64,000 nt of DNA, from NCBI RefSeq assembly GCF_001194135.2, contig NC_068997.1, positions 5,334,196 to 5,398,195 on the forward strand. Direction: 5' to 3'. Below, piece by piece: positions 1 through 13,718 of the stretch. Each line of letters opens with the position of its first letter. The stretch's first letter is position 1. This stretch comes from Octopus bimaculoides (taxonomy: Eukaryota). The notes below the pieces were generated by a model, which was given only the letters and a program-made list of their open reading frames with translations, was not told the origin of the DNA and ran no database searches. The translations under genes and the position numbers were made by a program.

Positions 1-260
1 GTCAGGGGATGGTGGCGAACCCTGCTGTACTCTTCCACCACAACTTTCTCTCACTCTTTCTTCCTATTTCTGTTGTGCCTGTAATTCAAAGGGTCAGCCT
101 TGTCACACTGTGTTACGCTGAATATCCCCGAGAACTACGTTAAGGGTACACGTGTCTGTGGATTGTTCAGCCACTTGCACGTTAATTTCACGAGCAGGCT
201 GTTCCGTTGATCGAATCAACTGGAACCCTCGATGTCGTAAGTGACGGAGTGCCAACAACA
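1..260 (+). mobile_element. SINE-like repeat, 3' portion ending GACGGAGTGCCAACAACAA
   Basis: Related fragments at about 32640-32712 (reverse) and 56738-56765 (reverse tail). Confidence 0.6.
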
Positions 261-326
261 ATATATATATAGATATATATATTTATATATATCTAATATA
301 TATATACAAATATATATATATATATA

Positions 327-366
<40 letters not shown>

Positions 367-630
367 NNNNNNNNNNATATATATATATATATATATATAT
401 ATCTTATATACAAATATATATATATATATATCTTATATACAAATATATATATATATATATCTTATATACAAATATATATAGATATAATATATATACAAAT
501 ATATATATCTAATATATACACAAATATATATATATCTAACATATATACAAATATATATATATCTAATATATACACAAATATATATATATCTAATATATAC
601 ACAAATATATATAATATATACACACACATG
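261..630. repeat. (TA)n microsatellite with a higher-order ~26-bp unit
   Basis: CAAATATATATATCTAATATATA(CA) is repeated at least five times; includes the gap at 367-376. Confidence 0.9.
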
Positions 631-768
631 CAGAAAGTAAATAGAAACCTTTAATTTTCAAAAGTTCTGATCTAAGCGTCTTAATGTTTTCAACGGTGTA
701 GAATTTACAATGTAATTATTCTTTTTCATTCCAGGTGCTATTATATTAAACATTTGCGAATATTAACC

Positions 769-1376
769 ATGCCACGCACAAAAAATTCAGCAGAACTGTC
801 AGATTTTCAAAGAGGTTGTATTGTTAGGCAGTCAAAGGCTGGTCTTAGACAGCGAAAAATTGCTGAAAATTTTCAAATTCCTCTTGCTACTGTTTTTATA
901 GTGCAATTCAAAAGCCAATGAAAAGAATCAACAGATTCTCGTTCCAGCCAACCAGGGCCCTTGGAAAGGAAGCTTCGCTGTTTGAAGAGATTGTAGAAAA
1001 ACAAACCCCGTTCGAAGGCTTCTGACATTGCAAAACAGCTAGAAGTTAGTCCAAGAACGTGTGTTACATATCTGCATAAGCATGGGTATTATGGACGAGC
1101 AGCTAGAAGAAAACCTCTCCTTCAACCAATTAATATCATAAAAAGAAAGAAATGGGCTAAGGAGATGTCAGAAAAATCCAGTTAATTTTGGTATAGAGTG
1201 ATTTTCTAGGTGAATCCAGATTTGCATTATTTTCAGACAGTGGACGTGTTTGGGTCTGGAGGCTTCCCAATCAAGAATTTGATTTGAAACAACTCCAACC
1301 AACTGTGAAACATGGCGGTATCTCTGTAATGGTATGGGGAGCTGTCACCAACAATGGTCGTTCTGAGCTGATCTAA
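769..1376 (+). pseudogene. Tc1-family transposase remnant (frameshifted, 3'-truncated)
   Basis: Reads MPRTKNSAELSDFQRGCIV (HTH start), HGYYGRAARRKPLL, then [24 protein letters not shown] and [16 protein letters not shown]. The first catalytic D is present; the later D34E region is missing. Confidence 0.88.
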
Positions 1377-1949
1377 AAACATGCTGAGCAAAAAGTAATT
1401 TTACAAGCTAAAACAGAGTTTTTTTTTTACTCAAAATACTTGTTTACTGATAACTTTTATAGATTGAAGTTCCTCCTTGCAGTAGTTAACAAAAAAAAAG
1501 ATAAGATTTGTATATTTTTTTGATAGTGTTTTTTTTTCTTTTTATGCCATCGACCAAAACAGAAAAGGAAGAATTGAAATTTAAAATATGGTCAAGAATA
1601 TTTCATGGAAAAGGAAAAGACAAATACAAATATTTTAATTGCCATGTAAAATATTAAAAGTAAATACAAACTAAACTAAACTAAAATAAAATACAGACAT
1701 TTTAACTAAACTGAATAGAAGTCTTTTACAACAATAACAGTATGCTTATATATATCATCCCAAGTGAAAATACAGGAAAAAATTTTCTTTTCCAAATACT
1801 TTTTTTTTAATAGAAAGGTTCTTGCCAATGAACATTTTACTGAAAGATTGAAAGCTTGGAACATTTTGAAAATCAGACTGGAGCCAATCAGTAACACATC
1901 CGTGAGAGGAAGAAAGTAACTTATCTGCACCTTGTAAAGTTATCCAAAA

Positions 1950-2402
1950 GAAACAAACAGTTGGAAACAGTCCTGGTAAGTATTTCACGTGAAACATCCT
2001 TCAATGGGAGGAGGGCATATTATACTCCATGTGATATCTTTAAAGCAAAGGATGGAGCAAAAGTTTAAGCCCAAATAGTACATAACACAGGCATTCCTAA
2101 GCTGGCTCCATAATATTTAAAAAGAAACACAAAGGTCATTTTCAGAGACATTACTGACAATGTTGATCCCTAGGCAGGTGGTCAGTGCTGATGTAACATT
2201 TGGTAATATGCAGTCAGATGAGATCACTATGGACATACAAGAATTCATGATCCTACAAGATTACAAAACAATACCAAAACAGTGTCTCGTAAAGGATGTT
2301 GAGAGAAAGACCTTAAAACTCAGCATCAAGGAAAGAAGACCCAGCTGTTACATATGTGGAAGCAAAACACATCTAAAAGCTTTCTACACAGAAAAATTCT
2401 AA
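1950..2402 (+). mobile_element. Degenerate non-LTR retrotransposon ORF1 (gag-like) fragment
   Basis: ORF 2160..2402 ends in CYICGSKTHLK, a CX2CX4H zinc-knuckle start with the last C lost. Flanks are full of stops. Confidence 0.45.
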
Positions 2403-3924
2403 AAGAATAAAAACAGCAACAAATTATAGAGGTTGTCACTTCTAGGGCAACACCAGGCACAACTTATAAAATTACAGAATGTCCTCATCCTTATAACTAG
2501 GTGAGAGCTATGAAATACAAAAACAATCTCTCCAAGTCTCAACCAATGAAGACATGGAGAGTCACTCACAGTAACAATAAGTTAGTACTAAATGACCAGG
2601 AAGGACCTCCAGTACCATCAAAGAACTCATATGATTTAAGATTACATTTACTATCCAAGAGAAAAGGCTCTATTTTAGCTGTTTTCCAGCCCACAGGTGT
2701 TTCTAATTGTAGGCTGATTCATGAAGGCCATTCTTGCACTCTCACCTACTTTTCAGTAAATTCACTGGAAAGCAGCCACCACCCCTAAGTAGAACTTGAA
2801 GACATGGACGAAGCTGAAGAGTAAGATGTGTATCCTCAGTCCTTTCAGTTTTTGTCTGCAGTACAATTGTCAGATACCCACCAGCCAGAGGAAAACTGTG
2901 TCCTTCTAAAGGACTAAAGGAAGATGCAGAGTATGAGGTCATATACATAATCTGAATGTGAGATCAGAAATATATTACAGAGTTAACAGAAAACCAGTAC
3001 AAGGTCGAATATAATATGTAGGCAATAGATGTCCTGGATATAAGATAAAATATATCATAATAGTAGGTTTGTCATTTTACACCCACCTACCACTTTTTCA
3101 AACATCTTGATAACTACTAACAAAAAGATATTGTTCAAGAAGCAGGTAGGAGCTCAAAAGGTCTTCCAAGAATTCATTGGTTTTGGGATTCACTGTTGGT
3201 AAAAAAACAGTAGATATTAATTTTTATTCTTTTGATAAATAAAATTCATTCTGAGCTGAGATATATTGCTTTAAAGTCGATAACTAAAACCATCAATTAT
3301 TTTTGCATCAAACTGATTCACAGGTCACAGATGACCTGGAGATAAATGTAATACATACACAATAGCTGACCAAGATATGAGGTCATAAGTTCAATACACA
3401 CTAAATGACTAGGACAAGGTTCAGATTTAATAACAGCCAATAGATGACCTGGATGTGAGACCATAAAGGCGATGTATGGTTAAGTGTTCAAGTTGTTAAT
3501 TGTTGCAGGTGAAAATTCGGCAAGGTAAAAAAAAAACACAAAAAACTTCAAAATAAAATAAAATGGAGTTTATAAAATTTGGTTGAGAAAACAGTATTAA
3601 GTAGTGAGAATGGGGTGTTGCAAGGATTAACAGAAACAAGGTTCAGGGTGGATTAAGAAGCATATCAAATAAAGGAGAAAGGAAAGGCAACAACAAAATA
3701 TTATGCACAAAATCTGGGAGCTTAGTGCGTCAAAACAGATCATAACAGTTGGGGAAGGGGAGAGAGAGAGGAGGGAGTAGGAGGGAAAAAGAGAAGGAGA
3801 AGTACGAGGGAAAAAGAGAGCAATGTTAGAAAAATTAAATACAAAAGGATATGTTTCTAAGTTACAGGTTACCAAACTGTTGTCAGCCTAAAGAAAATAA
3901 GATGAAAATAAACAAAACCTGGTT

Positions 3925-4110
3925 GAAGTGGTGATGGTGCAGGTGGTAATGGTGGTGCAGGTGATGATAGAGAGGGTGGTGGTGGTGGTGGTGGTGGCAG
4001 TAATGATGATAATGATGGTATTGTCAGTGGAAGTGGTGAGGAAGGTAGTGGAAACTGTGAGTAGGATTATAACAATGGTGGTTAGAATAGCAATGATAGG
4101 GGAGGTGGTG
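3925..4110. repeat. GGT/GAT triplet low-complexity tract
   Basis: Degenerate (GTG)n/(GAT)n; explains the V/M-rich ORF at 3928. Confidence 0.8.
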
Positions 4111-4429
4111 GCAGTGTGGAGATTTTAAACAATATTCTAATGTGCACATTTAAATTGTACTACAGCTAAGTTAACCAGTTATTCTCTTCTCTCAATTTTT
4201 GGATTGATCTATTAAATACTAATAATAAAAGGTATCAGCCATATGATTACAAGGTATTGAACTCATGCTGTTTGACCAAATGTATACTTTTGACCAATAT
4301 GATTTATTCTGGATATTGACAGATATACAAACAGTTAATTGAATTAAGCTGCTAGTTAGATGCTATTTATACAAATCAGGTTTCCCAGTTTAGTGAAATC
4401 TTTAAATTAGAGACAGTATGTGTATTATA

Positions 4430-5281
4430 TGAAAGGGTACCCAAAAGAAACCAAAATTTTGCAATATTATTCTATTCACTTAGTTTCATATGTTTACACT
4501 TTTATCACCTTCAAAATATTCTCCATTTCAAGCAATGCATCGATCCAGACATGTTTTCCACTGTTCGAAGCAGTGCTGGAACTCTTGTGAAGAGATGCCT
4601 TTTAATGCCTCCATAGTTTTTTCTTCACCTCTTCCACATCTGTAAATTCCATAGCACCAGCTTTCATCACCAGTGATGACCTTTGAAAAATGGTCCGGAT
4701 CAACTTCCAACTCTTCTTTCAGTTCACAACACACATTCAGTCCTGACTGCTTTTGATCTTCCATGAGCAAGCAAGGCACAAATTTTGCTGCAACCCTTTT
4801 CATTTGCAATTACTCACTCAAAATTCGTTGGCAGGCGCTCCAGGATACATCAGTCATATCAAGTTCATCAATTGTTTGGTGACGGTTCTTCAAGATCAGT
4901 TAATGAATTTTCATGATGTTTTCATTCACTGGGGAGGTTAGCAGCTGCCCTGAATGAGGTTGGTCAAGAGACAAGTGACCATTCCTAAAGCATGGAAATC
5001 ACTTGTAAACTTGTGTTTTGCTCATAGCAGTGGCTTTCTAAGCTGTTTGAAGCATGACAACTGTTCCAACCATTGTTTCCCCCAAGAGAAAACAGAATTT
5101 CATGGAAGCGTGCTGTTCCTTCGTTTCAGCCATTGCAAAAATCAACAGAGGAGAAGCACTGCAAAACAAAGATGCACTATGTGGCAGTATGACCCCCATT
5201 GGACAATGCTGGTTGGCAGACTGAACTACAATGGGTTTGTCCCACAGAGAATGCTTCTGGTTACTTTTGGGTACCCCCTCG
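4430..5281 (-). mobile_element. Mariner element with internal deletion, both TIRs present
   Basis: TIRs TGAAAGGGTACCCAAAAGAAACCA (4430) and CGAGGGGGTACCCAAAAGTAACCA (reverse complement from 5281), both flanked by TA. Remnant peptides: EQHASMKFCFLLGET, KRVAAKFVPCLLMEDQK, KVITGDESWCYG and FQHCFEQWKTCLDRCIA*NGEYFEG. Confidence 0.92.
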
Positions 5282-6400
5282 TATATATATATAATGGTTG
5301 AGTGTGCACAGATAGTCAAGAGTATATATGGATATGCATAATTGAATGTTTATGTGACTGAGTAGCTGTATGTGAAAGCTAGTAGCTATATGTGAATATA
5401 TGAATAGTTAAGTGTTATTTCATGGTTGAATATGAGAGTTTATGGTAAAGGCGGAGTGAGAGTTAGTAACTGTGCATGCAAAGGTTTAGCTAAGTGCAGA
5501 CATGTGAACAGCATGTGCAGTGTGGCTCAGAGTGTAACACACCCTACCTTTTATGGATAAATTGACAGGTGTGGGACCTGCAGAGTGACACTTCATATTG
5601 TACATGGATGCTGAAATCAAAGAAGGGATAAAGAAGAAAAACATTAGTCAAACTATCAGCGGATGGTGGGGGCTGGGTTAACTGACCCCTTCCAAGACAA
5701 CACACTAAATACTGTAGAGGATTTATAGGGTACTGTATAGCTTATACAGATACACACATGCACATACTTTGAAAGAACAGAAACACCCAGTCTTCAGACT
5801 CATCATTTTGAAATATCAAGACTGCAAAAAAAGGATATATTAAGGCGAGAGTGATCAGATGGAAAAGGACCAGGTGGTTTAGGGGCCAGGAAGAGGAGGG
5901 GCTGAACAGAGGTAAATTTAAAATGTCAGCACAAAAGTCCTGAGTTCAAATGTCTCTGCAAGTGTTTCGTTGCAGTTTTTACTAATGACAATTTTATATT
6001 ACTTTAGTGTCCGTCATCAAACTGATCTCTAACTAAAAGCAATTTTATCCATGGTTACTCTGTACCTTTAGGGGTAATAGAATAATTCTTAATGTGTCCT
6101 TTATTTAAGACAATATGGTATGGTTTAAGGGAGATTAGGTTGCTATTTCTAGCAGGCTTGTGGTCAGTGGAGTGGATCAGTAAACATGCAGTGTCTTGTC
6201 CCAGATGTAACTTATATTTCACCCCCTCTCTACTCAACCTTACAGAAACCATAACCTATAAACTTTTCACCCAATGCATCCCTTGTTGATATTGTTGTTT
6301 AGCATTAGGTCAACCAATGGTCAAAGTAGACTGTTCCAATCTGTTTTTTTTTAAGAACAGGTTATTAGTATCACTATACCTAAGAAAAATCATTATATAT

Positions 6401-6688
6401 NNNNNNNNNNNNNNNNNNNNNNNNNNNNNNNNNNNNNNNNNNNNNNNNNNNNNNNNNNNNNNNNNNNNNNNNNNNNNNNNNNNNNNNNNNNNNNNNNNNN
6501 NNNNNNNNNNNNNNNNNNNNNNNNNNNNNNNNNNNNNNNNNNNNNNNNNNNNNNNNNNNNNNNNNNNNNNNNNNNNNNNNNNNNNNNNNNNNNNNNNNNN
6601 NNNNNNNNNNNNNNNNNNNNNNNNNNNNNNNNNNNNNNNNNNNNNNNNNNNNNNNNNNNNNNNNNNNNNNNNNNNNNNNNNNNNNNNN
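6401..6688. other. Assembly gap
   Basis: N run. Other gaps: 367-376, 7417-7971, 13719-14170, 15038-15935, 23805-24213, 28330-29311, 61147-61167 and 63469-63478. Confidence 1.
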
Positions 6689-6855
6689 TAATTTCCAATT
6701 TTGTTAAACACCTTTACTTTGTGAAAAAATTTTACCAAAGTATTATTTTCAATTATCATTATAACTGGTATTATTTTGCATGATCTCTTCCCATTATCAT
6801 GTAACTTTTTGATTCCTCTCAAGTAAAATTCAGCTGGCTTCGACATTTTCATTTC
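6689..6855 (-). mobile_element. Mariner transposase C-terminal fragment
   Basis: SKPAEFYLRGIKKLHDNGKR resembles the mariner C-terminal KP.EFY..GI.KL motif. Truncated by a gap. Confidence 0.55.
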
Positions 6856-6929
6856 ATTCTTTCGTTTCAGTCATTTGACTGTGGCCATGCTGGAGCACTG
6901 CCTTTTAGTCGAACAAATCAACCCCAGGA

Positions 6930-7416
6930 TAGTTGTGTGAAAAAGTGTCACACCCTAACGGTTGAGGGAACCTGTGGAAGAGGTAGACCAGAAAGACCTG
7001 GGATGAGGTGGTGAAACACGACTTTCGAACATTAGGCCTCACCGAGGCAATGACTAGTGACCTTTGGAAATATGCTGTGCTTGAGAAGACCCGGCAAGCC
7101 AAGTAAGACCATAACCCGTGGCCTATGCCAGTGGTATAACCAGCCCACTTACGCGTACCTTTCCTACATTGGACACTAAACTCCGCTTGCGAAGACTTGT
7201 TGAGGCAAGTGAAATCGAAATTGAACTAAATTCGACGACTGGCACCCATGCCAACGTCGTCTCCTTCATTGGACACAAAACTCAGCTTGCGAAGACTTAT
7301 TGGGGCAAGTGAAAGCAAAATCGGGATAGCACCTGTGCCCAGCGTCGCCTTTCTGGCACTTGTGCCCGTGACATGTGTAAGGATTTTCGAGCAAGATCGT
7401 TGTCAGTGCCCCTGGA
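6930..7416 (+). mobile_element. RTE-clade LINE 3' end (ORF C-terminus plus 3' UTR with internal ~100-bp duplication)
   Basis: KKCHTLTVEGTCGRGRP / KTWDEVVKHDFRTLGLTEAMTSD / LWKYAVLEKTRQAK*. The CATTGGACAC..AAACTC.GCTTGCGAAGAC block occurs twice. Runs into a gap. Confidence 0.8.
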
Positions 7417-8112
7417 NNNNNNNNNNNNNNNNNNNNNNNNNNNNNNNNNNNNNNNNNNNNNNNNNNNNNNNNNNNNNNNNNNNNNNNNNNNNNNNNNNNN
7501 NNNNNNNNNNNNNNNNNNNNNNNNNNNNNNNNNNNNNNNNNNNNNNNNNNNNNNNNNNNNNNNNNNNNNNNNNNNNNNNNNNNNNNNNNNNNNNNNNNNN
7601 NNNNNNNNNNNNNNNNNNNNNNNNNNNNNNNNNNNNNNNNNNNNNNNNNNNNNNNNNNNNNNNNNNNNNNNNNNNNNNNNNNNNNNNNNNNNNNNNNNNN
7701 NNNNNNNNNNNNNNNNNNNNNNNNNNNNNNNNNNNNNNNNNNNNNNNNNNNNNNNNNNNNNNNNNNNNNNNNNNNNNNNNNNNNNNNNNNNNNNNNNNNN
7801 NNNNNNNNNNNNNNNNNNNNNNNNNNNNNNNNNNNNNNNNNNNNNNNNNNNNNNNNNNNNNNNNNNNNNNNNNNNNNNNNNNNNNNNNNNNNNNNNNNNN
7901 NNNNNNNNNNNNNNNNNNNNNNNNNNNNNNNNNNNNNNNNNNNNNNNNNNNNNNNNNNNNNNNNNNNNNNNTATATATATATAAAAATTAATTAAGGTAC
8001 TCAGAAACCTGGATGTTTGTACATTTACAGATTTTTATTAATGTCACATATTAAATGAAGTACCTTAATTAATTTTTTTCTATATAATTTCTGTACATCA
8101 CCTCCAAACCTT

Positions 8113-8151
<39 letters not shown>

Positions 8152-9879
8152 CATATACATACATACATAACTGACTCCTATCAGTTTCCATCTACCAAAT
8201 CCACTCACAAGGCTTTAGTTGAGCTGGGGCCATAATAGAAGACACTTGCCCAAGGTGCTATGCAGTATGTCTGAACCTGAAACTATGTGGGTGGGAAGCA
8301 AAGTTCTTACAACACAGCTAAACCGGAGCCTTTGTATATACATTATACATATATATTTACACATATAAAGAGAGAAGGGAGAGGAAGAGAGATGGAGAGA
8401 GAAGAGAAGGTAAAGTGAGAAGCGTGTGCAGAGAGCCATGAAGAAAATGACTTACATTGCAGGTAAATTGACGATTAAAGAGTAATTAAATGATAAACTG
8501 TTATTGGTGCTAAATGATGCTGAACTGGGAGGGCAGATTTAGTGGACATGTAAGAGGATAGGATCAGCGAGGTTAAATAAAACATGAAGAACGACAGATA
8601 CTAACCACTAACCAAGGATATAAATGGGAGGTGAGGAGAGGGATAGAAAAGGAAGGAGGAGGAATGAAGACGAGAGAGAAGGAGTAAGAGGAAAGCGGAA
8701 AAGGCAGAGACCATGGAGGGTGAGATGGGCTGAAAAGTGACACACACATGTACACAAACACATATATATATATACGTATATACATATACATGGAAAAGTG
8801 GACGTTAAAATGATGGTGAGATACATATACAGATCTCTCTCCGTCTCTCTCTCTCTCTCTTGTTTATCACCATAATCATTATCATTTAGCATCCACTTTC
8901 CATGCTAGCATGGGTTAGATGGTTTGACTAGAACTGGTAAGCCAGAGAGTTGTACCAGGTTCCTGTCTGATTTGGTAGGCAGGTAGACATAGAGATAGAT
9001 AGATATAGCTGTGTGTGTGTGTGTATTTGTGTGTGTGTGTGCACATAGGGAGAGAGAGTGAGGAGGGAAAGATTACGATGCTAATATACATTTAGTGGTA
9101 ATTGGACAGGTTTACGAAAAATATCAGAAAACCTAAATTGGATTAGATGCAATATGTAATAGCAAAATAGAAAGAAAAAATTATGCTGCTGAATTGGAGA
9201 TAATCTTGATTAGTTTAATAGCATTCTAAGTGATAATTAATCAATTAAGAATTAACACATTTTTATTTAATGATAAATAAATGCATTTACGAATAAATAA
9301 AAATATAAATAAAAGTTGGTCGGCAAAGTAAGAAATAAAATTATCATTATTGGAAAACAAATAACAAAATGGTAACACGGAGATGAAAGTAATACTAGTG
9401 TCAGTGGGACTGAGGAAGAGGATGATGATGATGATGGTAAGACAGTTATAAAATGGTTACAGATGATAGAGTTGGCTTTTATTTGTAAAGATGCTGTAAA
9501 ATAGGGATATTAAGCATAGCTTGTGGACCAAAACCAACTTGCATCAATAATTTGATCTGGCCTCAGGCTCCATTTTACACAGATAAAAGAAAAAGACATG
9601 TTTTTAGTTTTTAAAATATTCAGTTAGAATGTGTCCAGAGTTGAAGCCTGACTGACTAGAGTTGTGATTAACACTGATTCTGATTAACCTAATAAGTACA
9701 CCATAGGGAGTCTTTTGTAATCACGACCAATAAAAAGAAGCTTATGAATCCATATACTAAAAAATAGGACCTATTTTCCCTTTACTTTGTCTATACACAT
9801 TTTGCAGTGGAAACAGCACAAGCTCTCTCTGAAACATTGGTCTTAAGAATTGTATGCATTCATTTCGACAATTTCTATC

Positions 9880-10225
9880 TCCAGTCTGTGCCCAGTGTCG
9901 CCTTTCTGGCACTTGTGCCCGTGACATGTGTAAGGATTTTCGAGTGAGATCATTGCCAGTGCCCCTGGACTGGCTCTTGTGCGGGTGGCACATAAAATAC
10001 ACCATTTTGAGCGTGGTTGTTGCCAGTACCGCCTGACTGGCCTTCGTGCGGGTGACACATAAAAGCACCCACTACACTCTCTGAGTGGTTAGCGTTAGGA
10101 AGGGTATCCAGCTGTAGAAACTCTGCCAAATCAGATTGGAGCCTGGTGTAGCCATCTGGTTTCTCCAGTCCTCAGTCAAATCGTCCAACCCATGCTAGCA
10201 TGGAAAGCGGATGTTAAACGATGAT
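9880..10225 (+). mobile_element. RTE LINE 3' UTR, 5'-truncated
   Basis: Continues the 7330-7416 sequence and ends ...CCAACCCATGCTAGCATGGAAAGCGGATGTTAAACGATGAT, the tail shared by many copies in the window. Confidence 0.8.
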
Positions 10226-12817
10226 ATATATATATATATATAGTCTCACTTTAAGGACTCCTAATTTGTCTGTATGCATGTGCACATATCATACACATGC
10301 AGACATCACATGGATAAGTTTTCTGCATAGAAAACTTTGCTAACACTTCATATTCTTTCTTTTCTGCATTGCTAATGAGGTTGTAATAAGTTACATTGAC
10401 TTCTTTATCCATTTACTTTGGCCTACATAGGGTTTTAGGAATAAATGTTCTGATCTGATCCCTGAAATCTAGTTTATTCTTTAATCCAGCCCACAAAGCC
10501 AAACAATTTTGATGCTCCCTCTAAAGAATGTAGAATATGGGCATCCAGTTTGCTGCCTACATTCTTTATTGCATAGAATATTTTACAGTATTTGTTCGGG
10601 ATTCAAATCCCAAAGTCAGTTTTACTTTTAATCTCCGCAGGTTCAATAAAATGAAGAACAGATCAGGACAGTGGACTGGAAGAATTGTAAGAACATTGGG
10701 CAAAATACCTTGTGGTATTTGTTCCTGCTCTTTCATGTTCTGATCCACCACCCCAGGTAGGTGTGGCCAACTTGACAGTATTTAGCAGAAGCAAGAAGTT
10801 AATAGGGAAACTGATTTTGTTTTCTTCATTAAAATTCCATGGAAGACATAGCATTTATCAAGACAGTTACTGGGGGCTGTTTGCTGACCGAAGGGAGCAG
10901 AAAGGAAAGACGAAGCAAAGTAAGTCTTCAAGGAGACATTGTTTCATAGTTACTATTCACAGTTGTCATCTTATTTCTCTCCCCCCCTCTCTCTTTCACC
11001 CCTTCCACACACACACACAAGTGCACAAACATTTCTACAACAACAGCCTCTGATTCTGTGAACTAACTAGTTGCATGACTTCAGCATTCAATGTCACAGT
11101 ACCCTTCTTCCTACATCCTTTACAAAGCACTTCATCCAATCTTTCTTCTCCAAGAGTTTCTACCTATTAGAAATCTTTTGGGACTAAAAGATGTACCATG
11201 GAATTGAAATGTATGATTTAACAGAAGCATTGCATAATTGATGAGTTTTTCAATGATGTGCAGCATTGAAGCTTAATGTTTCTGCTGAACTAAATCCATG
11301 TAAGACAGGGGTTGTGTTGTTGCTAACAGAAGCACAAGACAAATGTTCTAACCTTCTGAAATATCAACTGCTCTGAAAGAATCTTATTCTTCAATTCTGT
11401 CCCAAATAAAGTTGCTGCCATTCAGCATATGTATATCAACAAAAGAATGAATGGTCTTGTAATTAAGGTATGCCTCTAATGAAACTCATGGTTTTGGAGT
11501 TCATTCCAGCATTTTTTTTAACAAGACCTTATATTCTCTGCAGCTCCCTATTCACCAAACTGTCTAGGACACAGTACCAGTACTTCTGACAATGTGATAA
11601 ACTGCTATTTTGTTCAGTTTTCAGCTACTAACATTACAGAAATTAATGTAGCAGCTCTATTGATCTTTAAAATGTGTTGATATAAATGCCCCCTAAGGAG
11701 CTTTTAAGGATCAGAGCTTAGCTCCAGGTTCATGGTATGAAACACAAGATACATCTCAAACTGGAAAAACCACCAGTCTACTGTTAGATACAATTCAAAA
11801 TAACAAGATACTAGTATCTATTCCTTCCGGCCAACAACAATGTTAACTACATCAATGTAGAATAAAATCAAAAATACTACATAACACTTTTATCATAGTT
11901 GAACTCACTGGAATATTTAGTTACAGCCCTTCATATTCTAAGTTCAAATCCTATGAAGGCCAAACTTGCTTTTCCTTCTGCGGTTCATAAAATAAAGCAC
12001 CAGTCAAATACTGTAATTGAACCATTTTTTATAATGCATTCTAGATGTAATGATATTATAAGCAGTAACTAAGACTCTAGAAAGTCAGTGAACAGATTAA
12101 TGTTGTACATCTACATAAACGGCAGCTTGTTACAACATTATCAAACAGGGAGTTGTACTTTATGGCATTATGTCTGTTGTGACAAGAGTGAAGACTACTC
12201 TCTCACCAGAGTATCCTGAAATGCAAATAGTAAAAATTTGCGTGAAATGAAGAAAAGCAAACTTCAAGGTTCCCTCTGGTGGGAAATTAAAAAATTCACA
12301 CTGAAAAATAAGAGAGGAAAAAAAAAAGACCATTCAAGCTGGCAAATACTTTTATTTTCTCTCTTGTATGACTGTTGATAGATTCCGTGAGAAAATAACA
12401 AACTGAAAGGAAAAACTGAAAAAAGATCTTCGTAATCTGTGTAACTAACATAAATGATATGCTAAAAAATGTGGTCAGTCAGTACTTAGAAATTACAAAA
12501 ATACTTTATATATTGACAAACATATTGCATGATTGTGTTTTATAAACATTGCTCTATTCAATAACACCAAAACCAAACAGAGAATAAAGAGAATGAAATA
12601 AACTTTATTGTTAGCAATTTGTATGTTTATCATAAAATAGACATAGGTGGGAACTGAAGTTTTACTGCGGCTAAAAAAATGTTGATATATACACTATTAT
12701 ACCATACATTTGATACAGGGGATCCATAAAGAATCAATGTATATCATATTGAAGTACGCCACAATTAGTGATTATTGGCTAGACAGAAATGATGTTAAAT
12801 AGTTAAATAATTCATTT

Positions 12818-12848
<31 letters not shown>

Positions 12849-13274
12849 ACATATATAAGTATGTGTGTGTGTATAAATATAGCTTTTACAATGTAAAGGT
12901 TGACAGTGACTTCAAAGTTTTAGCTTGCTCCCCTTCAGACTGATTTACTTTGGCATGTTCTTTTTTTCAGTAGTTAGCACAATATGAGTAATAATAAGGT
13001 GTAGTGAAAGTAGACAGGTGAGGTAGAGTAAGAAAAGGCAGAAAAGGGGTGAACAGGAGGTACTTGCAGGGTGTAAGTTGTTAGATAAGTATGGTGAAGA
13101 AATCAGTGTCACAAGATGGGATGCTTTATACCAGGACACATTTAAACAGTCAAAGAAATACTGACATTCCATGCCCATCACCTTTTAATTTTTGAACCCA
13201 TTGCTTTAAAGTAAAGATGCACTGGATAATCACGTTACATTCTAATATTTAGAGATATGTACAGATTTGGAGAC

Positions 13275-13718
13275 TAGAGGCAGTGAGTAGGCAGAATCGT
13301 AAGCACACCAGGCAAAATGGTTTTCCTGTCTTTACATTTTGAGTTCAAATTCCGCAGAGATCTACTTTGCTTTTCATCCTTTCGAGGTTGATAAAATAAG
13401 TACCAGTTGGGCACTGGGATTGATGTGATTGACTTACTCTCTCCCCCTAAATTCCTGGCCTAGTGCCAAAATACGAAATCAATGTTTTGAGATAGTAAGG
13501 CAACAAGCAGGCAGAACCATTAGCATGCTAGGAAAAATGCTAAGTGGCATTTCGTCCATCTTTACATTCTAAGTTGAAATCCTGATGAGGTTGACTTTGT
13601 CTTTCATCCTCCTGGGGTTGATAAAATAAGTACTGGTTGAACATTGGGAGTGATGGAATCGACTTAACCCTTCCAATGGAATTGTTGGCCTTCTGCCAAA
13701 ATTTTAAAGCAATGTTTA
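13275..13718 (+). mobile_element. Two tandem copies of tRNA-derived SINE family A
   Basis: GGCAGAATCGT.AGCA...GAGTTCAAATTCCGCAGAG...TTTCATCCT...GATAAAATAAGTACCAGTT...GTGCCAAAAT.GAAA, twice. Confidence 0.75.

Noticed and set aside
216-654. Ile/Tyr-rich ORFs here and similar ones near other (TA)n, (CA)n and (CT)n tracts or spanning N runs
   Set aside because: Translation artefacts of microsatellites and assembly gaps.
9380-9445. Acidic frame DESNTSVSGTEEEDDDDD before a gtaaga donor
   Set aside because: There is an in-frame stop just upstream and no polypyrimidine acceptor; it is explained by a (GAT)n run.
10621-10760. Apparent plus-strand exon (ctccgcag| ... CCCCAG|gtaggt)
   Set aside because: All three frames from the acceptor hit stops, and the 3' half is a decayed family A SINE head.
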